Positions 53,252-63,000 of a DNA stretch of 64,000 bases are shown piece after piece (within the stretch, counting starts at the first letter, position 1; each line of letters starts with the position of its first letter). The DNA lies in the NCBI GenBank assembly GCA_965652295.1, contig CBFGTS010000007.1, positions 32,001 to 96,000 on the forward strand. Direction: 5' to 3'. The stretch is from an uncultured Haloferula sp. (GTDB lineage Bacteria > Verrucomicrobiota > Verrucomicrobiia > Verrucomicrobiales > Akkermansiaceae). The notes under the pieces were generated by a model, which had not been told where the DNA came from, ran no database searches, and saw only the letters and a program-made list of their open reading frames with translations. The translations under genes and the position numbers were made by a program.

Positions 53252-54013
53252 ATGTCCGACGAAACTTTCAATGCTCTCCAGCTGATTCTTCAATGCCTCG
53301 GTTTGGTGGTTGGGGTGGTGCTCTTCGTTGCCGCGGTGTGGCGCGATGACTTCAAAGCGCGAAGGGTGAAGCCCGAGCTGAAACTCGTTCCAGAGGATAT
53401 CCCTAAAGGAGAGCGAACCACGGTGTACCAGAGGGGGAGTGGATTCCGTAGGAGAGAGAGCTACCGAAGGAGCGAGGAAGAGGAGTCGGAATCTACCGAT
53501 GCCCCAGATGACCGGGATTCGCGCGATGAGAGCCACGATGGTTCATCTTCCAGGTCTGATGGAACCCCCGCGTTTTATTGGCACCTCAAGCTGGTGAACG
53601 AAAGGCCTTGGGTTGTAGCCAAGAACGTGGAGCTTCGGCTACTAAAGCTCTCGGTTCGCGAAGGTAGTGAGAGGACTTCCGAGCGGCCGTTGTCCGGATC
53701 GTTGCCGATGATTCAAAAAGGAGGCGAGCATATCGCCGACGTGGGCTACAAGAGCATCAACTGCGGGCTGGTTCGCCTGGTAGCCGGGTGCGGCCTGCAA
53801 TTGCGGATAGCTGGCCGTATTCCCAATAATCTCCGGCCCCGGCTGTACGATCCAGGATCGATGGAGCTCGTGTTGCAGGCCCAAGGCGACAACGCTGTGA
53901 GCAATACCCTCATCGTCCAGATCGACTGGGACGGCGGATTTCCTGATTGGGATGATGGAGCGGACTGTGTGAGGTTCAATGTCCGAGAGGTTTACGATGG
54001 ATCGTGGATCTGA
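53252..54013 (+). CDS. Membrane-anchored hypothetical protein (island cargo)
   Basis: Strong RBS (ggaggag), N-terminal TM helix, charged low-complexity insert, beta-rich domain. Confidence 0.75.
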   Translation: MSDETFNALQLILQCLGLVVGVVLFVAAVWRDDFKARRVKPELKLVPEDIPKGERTTVYQRGSGFRRRESYRRSEEEESESTDAPDDRDSRDESHDGSSSRSDGTPAFYWHLKLVNERPWVVAKNVELRLLKLSVREGSERTSERPLSGSLPMIQKGGEHIADVGYKSINCGLVRLVAGCGLQLRIAGRIPNNLRPRLYDPGSMELVLQAQGDNAVSNTLIVQIDWDGGFPDWDDGADCVRFNVREVYDGSWI

Positions 54014-54131
54014 GTGCGTTCGCAATCAGGTGGCGGTCCTTGGTCTTGACCTAGGTGACAAAAACCTTCGAATGGTCGAAGTTTTCTCGGCAAGGCACGA
54101 GGTAGCCGACCCTCGTAACCGTTTCGCCTCC

Positions 54132-54476
54132 ATGAATGTCATCAAAATTCTCCGCCTTTTGCCCGTTCTATGGCTGGTGAGCTGCGCGACTTCCAACGTC
54201 ATTTCGTGCGGCCCTGACACCTTCATGGTGACATCGTCGGGAGCTGGTTTCGACACCGGTTCAGTGAGAGAGAATTGCTTTAAAAAGGCGAATGACTTCT
54301 GCGAGGAACGCGACCTGGTCATGATGCCAGTTGCCATCGATGTCCAAGGCGGAGAGCTGGGCAAACGCCCGCCAACAGCTGAACTCACATTTCGCGCTCT
54401 CAGGCAGGGAGATCCAGAGATCGGGCGCCCAAATCTTGAGAAGCCCGATGCCATCATCCGCATCGAATCCCGCTGA
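54132..54476 (+). CDS. Small lipoprotein (island cargo)
   Basis: Lipobox LVSC; GPDTFMV..AN.FC...AELTFR pattern. Confidence 0.75.
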   Translation: MNVIKILRLLPVLWLVSCATSNVISCGPDTFMVTSSGAGFDTGSVRENCFKKANDFCEERDLVMMPVAIDVQGGELGKRPPTAELTFRALRQGDPEIGRPNLEKPDAIIRIESR

Positions 54477-54679
54477 GGAAACTTGTCCGAAAAGGTAAGT
54501 CGAGGGAGGAGCTCGGTTGAAAGCCCTGCCCTCGGTCACGAAGGCGGGGCAGGTTTCGAGAGAGCGCGAGGCTGCTCAGAGAGGTGAGACGTAGCCAAAC
54601 GAAGCGTATTCAAGCCGATGAGGCTGTCGACGAGGAATGAGGGGCATGGGTCGCGGAGAGGCTCTCGGATGGCGAATCC

Positions 54680-54720
54680 GTTACGGTTTGTTACGGTTTG
54701 TTACGGTTTGTTACGGTGTG
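54680..54720. repeat. 10-bp tandem repeat GTTACGGTTT x4
   Basis: gttacggttt gttacggttt gttacggttt gttacggtgt. Confidence 0.9.
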
Positions 54721-55041
54721 GAGCCCCGTACGCCACTGATTTCGAGAGCGGCAGGCAGGGGAGAACGTTCGTTTACGCTCGCCGAGAGAGGCAGAGGGTC
54801 GCGGTGAACCGTCGCGGCACCTCTCACGCAGCCATGGCACCACCTACGAAGGGACGGTACCAGAGACTTCCAAAACGGTGAAGAGGCCGACCTCGGCATG
54901 GTCGGAGGATTCGAGGAGCTTTCGTTGGAGAATTTCGTTCATTGGAGTTGAGGTGGTCGGTTGGAGGCCCCGCCGGCGTGTGCCAGCGGGGCTCTGGATT
55001 CGGGACCACGCACTCCTCCCAGGTGGAGCGTGGTTCCAATT

Positions 55042-55593
55042 TTACTGGGCCTCTCTCATTTTCATGGCGGCCCAATACAGCTCGCCTTCCTTTCGAGCCC
55101 AAAAGGCTTTCAACACGGCAATCTGTTGGAGCTTCAGCACCGTCGTTCCGGCATGGACGGCCATGATTTTCAGGCGATTGAAGGTTCTCGGATTCGAATA
55201 AAGGACGTCCAGGACTGCCAGCTTTCCGTTTCTGAAGTTCACGTTCTCCCGCTCCTTGAGCCAGAGTTTAACGATGCCGCTCCTTCCAGCTTCCCGGAGT
55301 TCGTCGTCATCGCTGAAAAACCCATAGCTGAGAATGGCGAAGTGGTTTTCAACGTCCCGGTCGAAATTCTCGCGACACTCTGGACGCGTAGCGAAATGCT
55401 TCTCAAGATAGTCCTTGATTCGGAAGGGAATCGGAACCTTCGCGACCACGCCGCTCGCTCCGGAATGGAGCGGGCTCACATCAGCACGGTTCCGTCTGGG
55501 AATCTCCACGGTGAGGGTTTCGAGCTTCCGCGGGCTCTTCTTCGGAGTGGTGACGGCCGTGGTGGCGGTGGGAGGTTCTGCGGTGTGATTCAT
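55042..55593 (-). CDS. Hypothetical protein, possible ribbon-helix-helix-type DNA-binding protein
   Basis: Start MNHTAEPP; shares motifs with 55928-56437. Confidence 0.65.
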   Translation of the reverse strand: MNHTAEPPTATTAVTTPKKSPRKLETLTVEIPRRNRADVSPLHSGASGVVAKVPIPFRIKDYLEKHFATRPECRENFDRDVENHFAILSYGFFSDDDELREAGRSGIVKLWLKERENVNFRNGKLAVLDVLYSNPRTFNRLKIMAVHAGTTVLKLQQIAVLKAFWARKEGELYWAAMKMREAQ

Positions 55594-55631
55594 CTTTGAG
55601 TCGGGTTGTTGGTTTCGGAGGCGGTAGGCGG

Positions 55632-55895
55632 TCAGGGCTGTTGCTGTGGATCCGCCGGAGGCAAGAAGGCGGCCTTGTAGTCGGTGAGGGTGACGTAGTG
55701 GTCGCGGTGGCCGTCGCGGATGATGCGGCACCGTTTGGCGAGCTGTCGCTGAGTGACGCCGGCGAGGTGGCAGGCCACCGGGACGGGAAGGCGGCGGAGA
55801 GCGTCGGGGTCGCCGATAGCCTCGAGCATCCGGTCGGCGACGATTTCGGCGGCTCGTCCGATGATTTCCCGGCGCTCTGACGGTGAGAAGTTCAT
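55632..55895 (-). CDS. Small helix-turn-helix protein (excisionase-like)
   Basis: LPVPVACHLAGVTQRQLAKR HTH followed by a wing-like segment; 87 aa. Confidence 0.55.
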   Translation of the reverse strand: MNFSPSERREIIGRAAEIVADRMLEAIGDPDALRRLPVPVACHLAGVTQRQLAKRCRIIRDGHRDHYVTLTDYKAAFLPPADPQQQP

Positions 55896-55927
55896 GATGG
55901 AGCGATGAGGTGCGGGTTGCTTCCGGA

Positions 55928-56437
55928 TCAGAGTCCAGCCGTTGGAGCATGGTGGGCGTGAAAGCGCTTCAATGATTCAACCCGGTAGGTGAGTGAGGCC
56001 CTCAGTAGGCACTCGATGTCGACGTCGAGAGCTGCGGCGACCTGGTTCATTCTCTTCCAGTCGCGCTCCTTCATCTTCACGGTGAAGGGCACGGAGGGTT
56101 CTCCGCAGAGGTCGGAGGAAATCCGCGCCCGCTGCTGGAGATCCCGGCAAACGAAGGCCTGAGTCTTCCCGCTCTCAAGATCGAGTGCGGCGAGATAGCC
56201 CACATGGGCGGCGTCGAATCCGTATTTCGAAATCACGTGTTCGGACCGACTGAGGAGGTAGTCGGCGATCCGGGAGGGCATGCGGAAATCGATCTTCACC
56301 CACTTCTCAATCACGTCGAATCCGGTGGCTTTGATTCCGGAGCGCGGGCGTTGCCGTGAGGCTGAGTGTTGAACTTTACGAGGCTGGCGAGTGGTGGCGG
56401 TGGTCTCGGTCATCGGTTGAGTTGGCGTGGTTTTCAT
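55928..56437 (-). CDS. Hypothetical protein with ribbon-helix-helix-like C-terminus
   Basis: Start MKTTPTQP; FTVKMKERDWKRMNQVAAALDVDIECLLR strand-helix-helix pattern. Confidence 0.65.
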   Translation of the reverse strand: MKTTPTQPMTETTATTRQPRKVQHSASRQRPRSGIKATGFDVIEKWVKIDFRMPSRIADYLLSRSEHVISKYGFDAAHVGYLAALDLESGKTQAFVCRDLQQRARISSDLCGEPSVPFTVKMKERDWKRMNQVAAALDVDIECLLRASLTYRVESLKRFHAHHAPTAGL

Positions 56438-56504
56438 TTCGCTAGCAAAGCTAGCGAAAGAAAGATGGAAACGGCAAGAGAAATCGGCTAGCAAAGCTAG
56501 CGAA
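56438..56504. promoter_or_regulatory. Twin operator sites between divergent genes
   Basis: GCTAGCAAAGCTAGCGAA at 56441-56458 and 56487-56504; the first extends to the inverted repeat TTCGCTAGC-AAA-GCTAGCGAA. Confidence 0.75.
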
Positions 56505-56674
56505 TGGCGAAGAAGGAAAAGACGATCGGGATGCGGGTCGACACAGAGCTCGATGAGGTGCTCTCGCGTCTCGCCGAGGAAGAGCAGCGAACCCCGGCCG
56601 GCATGGCTCGCGTGCTGGTCATTGAAGCCCTGACGAAAAGGAAGGCATGGCCTCCGAAGGGGCGGAAGAAGTAG
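56504..56674 (+). CDS. Arc/CopG-like ribbon-helix-helix repressor, 56 aa (not in the ORF track)
   Basis: Manual translation: MAKKEKTIGMRVDTELDEVLSRLAEEEQRTPAGMARVLVIEALTKRKAWPPKGRKK. Confidence 0.85.
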   Translation: MAKKEKTIGMRVDTELDEVLSRLAEEEQRTPAGMARVLVIEALTKRKAWPPKGRKK

Positions 56675-56705
56675 CCCCGTCCCGTCCTCCAGAGCAGTGA
56701 GGTCT

Positions 56706-57026
56706 TCATGTCGTGGGCTTCCTCTCTTCCAGCAGTCGTAGAACCTCCGCCTCATCGCCTGCCGGGCATAGGTCGTGGACCTGGCGGAGAAATCGCTTCC
56801 GGTCTCCTGGTAGCGCGGAGAATGCGAAACCGGCTTCCTGCATATCGTCGAGAGCGGCATGGGCGGCCTCGGTGATGTCGGCGCGGGTCGCCCGGGTGAC
56901 GTAGCGCCACCGATCCCCGTCCTTCCAGCCGAAGCGCCAGTAGCTCGGACCGTCGTCGGATTTGCGCCACGGGCTGATGCGAACATGATAGTTGCCCTTT
57001 CTGAGGGTGAAGGGTTTGCGGCTCAT
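56706..57026 (-). CDS. Hypothetical protein resembling the N-terminal arm-binding region of tyrosine integrases
   Basis: Basic Trp-rich beta strands (YHVRISPW..YWRFGWKDGDRWRYVTR) followed by a helix; no catalytic domain. Confidence 0.5.
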   Translation of the reverse strand: MSRKPFTLRKGNYHVRISPWRKSDDGPSYWRFGWKDGDRWRYVTRATRADITEAAHAALDDMQEAGFAFSALPGDRKRFLRQVHDLCPAGDEAEVLRLLEERKPTT

Positions 57027-57053
57027 TCGTTGGGGTTCGCTCGGGATTGAGGT

Positions 57054-60000
57054 TTATTGGGACCGGTGGCGGAGCAGCTTCCCAGCGCGTTTGCGCACCT
57101 CCTGCGAGGCGTGGGCGGAGGAAAGAGCTTCCAGAAACGCCTCGCGCTGGGATTCGTCCATGGGAGCGAGAATCGAGGCGAGCTTGTCGGCTTTGGCGTC
57201 GCGCTTGGCGCGGCGGACCTTCTTGTCCGGCTTGCCGTCCTCGCGGGTCGATGGGCCGAGGGTGTCGTCGAGGTCACGGGAGAACTTCGAGAAGCGAGCC
57301 TTGAGGAGTTCGATGCGGTCGGCTTCGGAAAGGCTGCCGCCGGCGGTGTTGTAGGCACCCAGGACGCTCTCGCCGAGGTTGGCGGCCTGAGCGGCGACGG
57401 CCGCACCGGGAATGAGGGTGCCCCATGCCTGGACGCTGTCGATCGCCGCGTCGGCACGTTCCTCGACGGTGGCGTCCGCGGCGAAGATGTCGCCGCTGCG
57501 GAATGCCTGGCGACCGGCGCGAACCAGCGGGTTCGGATTCGAATCGAAATACCGCACCTCGCTTTCCTGCCAGCGCTCGGCGAAGTCGGCGGGCAAGGTG
57601 TTCTCGATGATCCATTCGGCCGCATCGCTGTCGAAGGCACCGGCGGCGGTGGCGGCGGCACCCTCTCCGAGCACCGGCACGGAACGAAGGTGCTCGGTGG
57701 AGAGAGCGTAGGCCCACGCCTTCGGATCGGTCATGCGGTCCTTGTAGCGAGCCCACCAGCTCTCTTCCTCGTCATCCTTGCCCTTGGCGGTGGCGGCCCA
57801 CATCGAACCGAGGGCAGTGACCAGCGCCGGCATCACGACCAAACCGGCGAAGGCCTGTTGGGCGGCCATGCCGCGGCCGTAGGTGCCCTTGCCGGTGAGG
57901 AGTTCCCGCACGGCCATGAAGGTGATGGCGGTGTTTTTCCGGCGCTCGGAGATGAACAGGGCGAACGGGAGAGACAGCGGACTCTCGAGCATCATCAGTT
58001 CGAACTCCGATTTGGCAAAGCGGAGAGTCGGTTGGGCCGCCCGGAGCAACACGACATCGACCTTGCGGTCGGCGGCGGCGCGGGCTTGCTCCTCGCTCAA
58101 GCCGTCGGCGAGGGACTGCTTGCGGGTGCGCTCCCAGATGAAGGCGGCGGCCACGGTGTTGGCGCCCGTATCGACGATGTTGATGGCCTCCATTGCCGGC
58201 ATCGCGGCAGCATCCGCCACCGCCATCAGCGGCTTGGCGGTCGGTCCGCGTGACTTGGCAAGCTGGGCCTCGAAGGTCGCGCCACCCTTGAGGCGGCGCT
58301 GGATGGCCGGCGACTTCCAGGCATCTCTGAAGGCCGCGGGATTGGCGATCACGTCACGCATCCCGGCGAGAAGCTCTCCATACGGGACCTCGTAGGTGAC
58401 GTTGGCAACGGCGGAGGTATTCGCCACCAGCGTGGACACGCGGCCACCGAGCACACCGATGGCGAAATTCCTGACGACGCTCTTCACCGCACGCTCGATC
58501 CAGAGCAGGGAGTTCGCTCGCAGGGAGCCTCCCGCCTCGATGCGACGGAAGCGCCGTTGAAGCGCCTCATGGAAGGCGGACCCCATGCGGGCCTTGATGC
58601 TTCCGGAGAGCCTCTCGTCGCGCAGAACCCCGCCCCACTCGCGAAGCGCGGAGACGTGGGAGAGCCAGAAGTTCGTCTGCTGCCGATGGGCGAGGAACAC
58701 GGCGAGCGCGTTGATGTAGTCCGGCGGCGCGGAGTTCGTGACGCGCTGCTTGGTGAAGGAGATCGAACGGCCGGTGTGCTGGATTCCGCCACCGTCGAGC
58801 GCGATTTCCCCGGTGGTGGAGAGGGCGACGTCGTTGCGCACCGGGAAGTATCGCTCGACGAGCCGGAGCCCGATTCCCTTCTCGGTGCGGTGAAGAGCAT
58901 CGATAGCCATCTGATCAGCCGCGAGGTAGTCGGTCATCCATGCGCCGAGTGCCTTCGTCTGGGGCTCGAGGAATGCCTCCAGCTCGGCCATGGTCTCCGC
59001 GTCGTATCCCAGGCCTTCGAGCTTCTCGGCTTGATCCGGCTGGCGCATCGTGAGGTAGAGCTGGAGCGCTTCGAGCTGGGACACCGGCCCGATGCTCTTC
59101 CGCTCGCCCGCTGCCTCGACGGTGGTGACGGGGATCGACCGGCGGCGGACCCTCTCCGGCTCGGGCAGGTCGAGAAAGGCTTCCAGCTCGGTGGCGAGTG
59201 CCTTCACCTGGCGCGCTGAGAGTTCGACCCTCTCGCCGGAGCGGGTGTCGAACCCGCCGGCCTCCCCGTTGACGATGGCCTCCGCGAACTTGACCGGCAC
59301 GGAGATGGTGACGGTCCTGCGTCCCTCGATCTTGGAGACTGGCACGGGCGTCTGCTTGTCATTGCTGGAAAGCTCGTGGAGCCGCTTCGCGAGCCCGTGG
59401 CGAGAACGGGCTCCGAGGATTGCGCGGAGAGCCTGCGAGACCTCTTCGGAGTCCTTCAGGTCCCTCTCCTGTTGGTCGATCTCGGCCGCGGCGAAGTCCC
59501 ACTCCATTTCCTCGACGAGGGTCGACACCTCGGGATCCTCGGAAAGCTCCGCGAGCCGGCGGAAGGTCTGGCTCCCTCCGATCATGGCCCCCATCAAACC
59601 CTCGCCGAGGCGGCGGAGTTTGGATTCATCGGCACGGACGCGGCGGCTGCGGTCTCTGTCCTCAATGGGACGGTCCATCTTGAGGCCCTCACGGAGCTTC
59701 TTCACACGGGCATCCCTCAACTCACGACGAGCGACGAGCACCTCGACCCACTCGCGCCGGCCGTCGGTGTAGACGCCCTGCAGGAAGGCTAGAGCCTCTT
59801 CGAGTCGGGCGGAATCGGCGTTCTGGTAGTCGCCGAAAAGCTCGAGCGCCGCAATACGGCCGTCGAGTTCCTCGATCTGCTCCACGGTGAGGCTCTCGCC
59901 ACCGACGAGGCTTTCATTCAGCGCCACCGCCCACGGGTCCATCACCGACTTCTGTTCGGCGGTGGGGTTGGCGATGCCGGCGTTTTCGAGCATCTGCTGA

Positions 60001-63000
60001 AGGACCTCCCCGCGGAAGGTGGCGGCCTCCGGTTCCAGCGGCATCGCCACCTTCACCTGATCGAGAACCGCGTGACCCACAGCCCCGATCTTGCCACCCC
60101 GAGTTCGAGCGTCGGAGAGCTTCGCCTCGCCCTTGGCCACCTCCTTGCGGATCGCGGTCCGGTAGAGGGTCTGAAGGTGGCTTTCGAGAGCCTGCTCGAT
60201 CTTCGGGAGGAGTGAGACAAGGTATTCCCCGCGAGCCTCCGAGGTGCGGAGTTCGGCGAGCTTGCGGAAGGAGGTTGAGAGCTTGCCGCGCACCGCGGCG
60301 GGGAGAGCCCGGGCGATGGCCTCCAAGGTGGCGATGTCTTGGAGCTGCTCGAAGCGGGCCTGGCGCTTGGTGAACTCGTCGGCCTGGGCACGGATGGAAT
60401 CCTCGCCAGCCTTCCCCCGGCGGCCGATCGCTTCCTCACGGCGCTTGGCTTCCCGGCGGCGCTCCCTTTCCCGGGTGGCGAGCTTCGTCATCTCGGCCCG
60501 GTGGCGGGCACGCTCCTTGTCGCGGAGACCCTTGAAACGGGCGGCGACGGTCTTGCGGGCCTCGGCCATGGCGGTGCGGGCCTGCTGCTTGCGCTCCGGC
60601 CCCCACTTCGCGAGGAGCCTCTCTCCTTCGCTCTGGATGGCGGTCTCTTCGTCGTGATCGAGTTGTTCGAGGTTCCGGGTGTGGGTGTTGCGCTCTTCCT
60701 CTCGCTGGACCTCGATGCCGGCGAGGTCGGTTTCCAGCCGCTGGGCGGACTCCTGCGAATCGAGTTCTTCCTGAAGGTCCAGCTCGGCAAGCGAGCGCTC
60801 GGCGGCTTCGGCATCCATGCCGGACGGGCCGCGCTTCTCGGAACGTTGGCGAACGCCGCGGACCTCCCTCGCCATGGTTTTCCAGACCTTCGCCCGGGAG
60901 CTGACGCCGCCGGATTTCACGGCAATGAGGTTGGCCAGGGAGAACAGCGATTCTCCATCTCGCGAAATGGAGAGGGTCTCGCCGGCGGGAGGCTCGACAT
61001 TCTCCGCCACCATTCGGGCTTCGGCATCCGTCCGCAGCCGCTCCATCTCCGTTTCCTGATTCCCGTCGAAGCCGAGAGACTCGCGGATGGTACTCTCCAG
61101 AGCCGGAGAAAGCTCGCCTCCTTGGGAGAGGCGACGCAGGTCTTTCGACAGGGTGAACATGGCCGCGATCTTCTCGGCCATGAGATTGAGGAATCGCTTG
61201 AGCTTCTCTCCGAAGTTGAGATCCGCGAAGTTGCCGGCGGCATACTCGCGGGCGACGTAGGAGAAGCCTTCCACGAGGTTGTCGCGAGACTCTCCGGCGA
61301 GGAACTGCTTGCCGGTCTGGCGCTCGACGCGGCGCAACTCGGTGAGAAGCTCGGACTCGCTCCACCGGCCACCCTCGTTGAGCTGGGCATGCATGTAGGT
61401 CTCGGCCTGTTCTTCCCACAGGGCGGCGACATCCTTTTCGCCCTTGGCGAGGGTGATCGCACCTTCCAGCACTCCGTTGGCGAAGCGGGCCTCCGCGTCG
61501 GCGGATCCACGGACGGTGAATTGATCGAAGTCCGATGGGGTGAAGCCTTCGAGAGAGGTCCCGGTCTGGGCAGCGTAGTCTCGCACCCGCTGCCATGCTT
61601 GAGAGATGGTGACCTGTCCACTCCGCCGGAGGCCACCGATGGTGGCGGCTTCGCTTTCCGTGACCTCGACACCTGGCCGGGCTTCCTGGAAGCGTGCCTG
61701 CTCTTCTTCGAAAGCTCCCTCGATGTCCTCTTCGGAAAGGGCCTCTTCACTGACCCGCCGGGCTTCCTCGAAGTGCTGGGCGATCCATGTCGAGTGAGCG
61801 GAAACCGCCTCTTCCTCGGTGGCGGCGGTCTCGGTGGTGCCGTCGGGATAGGAAACCTCGAATCCTCCTTCGGCGCGGGGGCGAACCACGGGGAGCATGC
61901 TTCCTTCCGTGGCGGACTCCATCACGCTCTCCGTGGCTTGCTGGCGCTGCTCGGCGGTCTTGCCCCGATAGATCTCTTGAAAGCGCTCGACCTTCTCCTC
62001 GGTGCCTTCCAAGGCGGTGACGCTGTCGATTTCCTCGTCGGTGAAAGCCAGAGCCTGCATGCCCTTCCGGTCGGCCATCATGGCGTCGAGGTGATTACGG
62101 CGGAAGCGGTCCGCCACGGTCGCGCCACCGGCACCGAGCACGGAAAGCGGGAGGATGGCGAAAAAGGTTCGCGGTGCCTGCTCGGCCAGTTCCTTCATCT
62201 CACCGCGGAAACTGGCATCGAGTCCGGAATCGTCGGTGATGCGCTCGGCCAGCTCGCGGGCGACGGGCAGCATGGCGTTCTGGACATTCTCCTGCCCGAA
62301 CTCCGCCGCGGTCGTGACCGCCGTTCGCTTGAGGAACCCGCCACCGGCCAGTCCCTTGAGCAGCTTGTTGGCTCCGGGGAACTTGCCGAAGAGGGTCTTA
62401 GCCTGGAAGCGCTCGATGGCCGCCATCGGCACGGCCGCGGCATCAGCGACGTTGCGCAGAGTGGCGTCATCCACGTCGGGATGCTGGGCTTTGAGCTGGC
62501 GGAAGTTGTCCTCCGAATAGACCGCTCCGTTGAGCACCGTTCCAATCGGGCCGGCGAAAGCGGCCCCCATGTAGGGCAGGGACTGGGTGGCGTCGTAAAC
62601 GCCCTGGGCGAGCATGTTCTCGCTCTGGATGCGGGAAACCTCTCCCTTGTAGTCCTTGAGCACCTGCTTGGCCGACTGGAGCCGGGTGAGATGGGTGGCG
62701 AACTGGTCGAGCATGAGACGCTCGGGAGCGGTGAGAAGCCGGCGCTCCTTGTCACGGTCGGCATGGAGACCGTATTCCCCGATGCCCTGGCCTCGGGCGA
62801 GGTTGCCGAGCACGTTCAGGGCAGCGTCGCGGGGTGTCCGGGCTTCTTCCACCGGAACATAGATCGGAGCATCCTCTTCAACGAGCTTGCGAATCTCCGC
62901 CGCCTGGCGACCCCGCATGAACGTATCGAGGGAGATCCCGTAGGCCTCCATGCCTCGATCGAAGGAGCCCGCGACCTTGCGGAAGAACCCGTCCACATCT

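Noticed and set aside
54680..54720. Possible CRISPR array
   Set aside because: 10-bp units with no spacers and no cas genes; kept only as a tandem repeat.
55594..56986. Long N-terminal extensions of ORF-track entries 55042-55950 and 55928-56986
   Set aside because: The extensions overlap better-supported small genes; internal ATGs at 55593 and 56437 were chosen instead.
53114..57026. Full-length integrase next to tRNA-Asn
   Set aside because: No ORF with tyrosine or serine recombinase catalytic motifs found in this interval.
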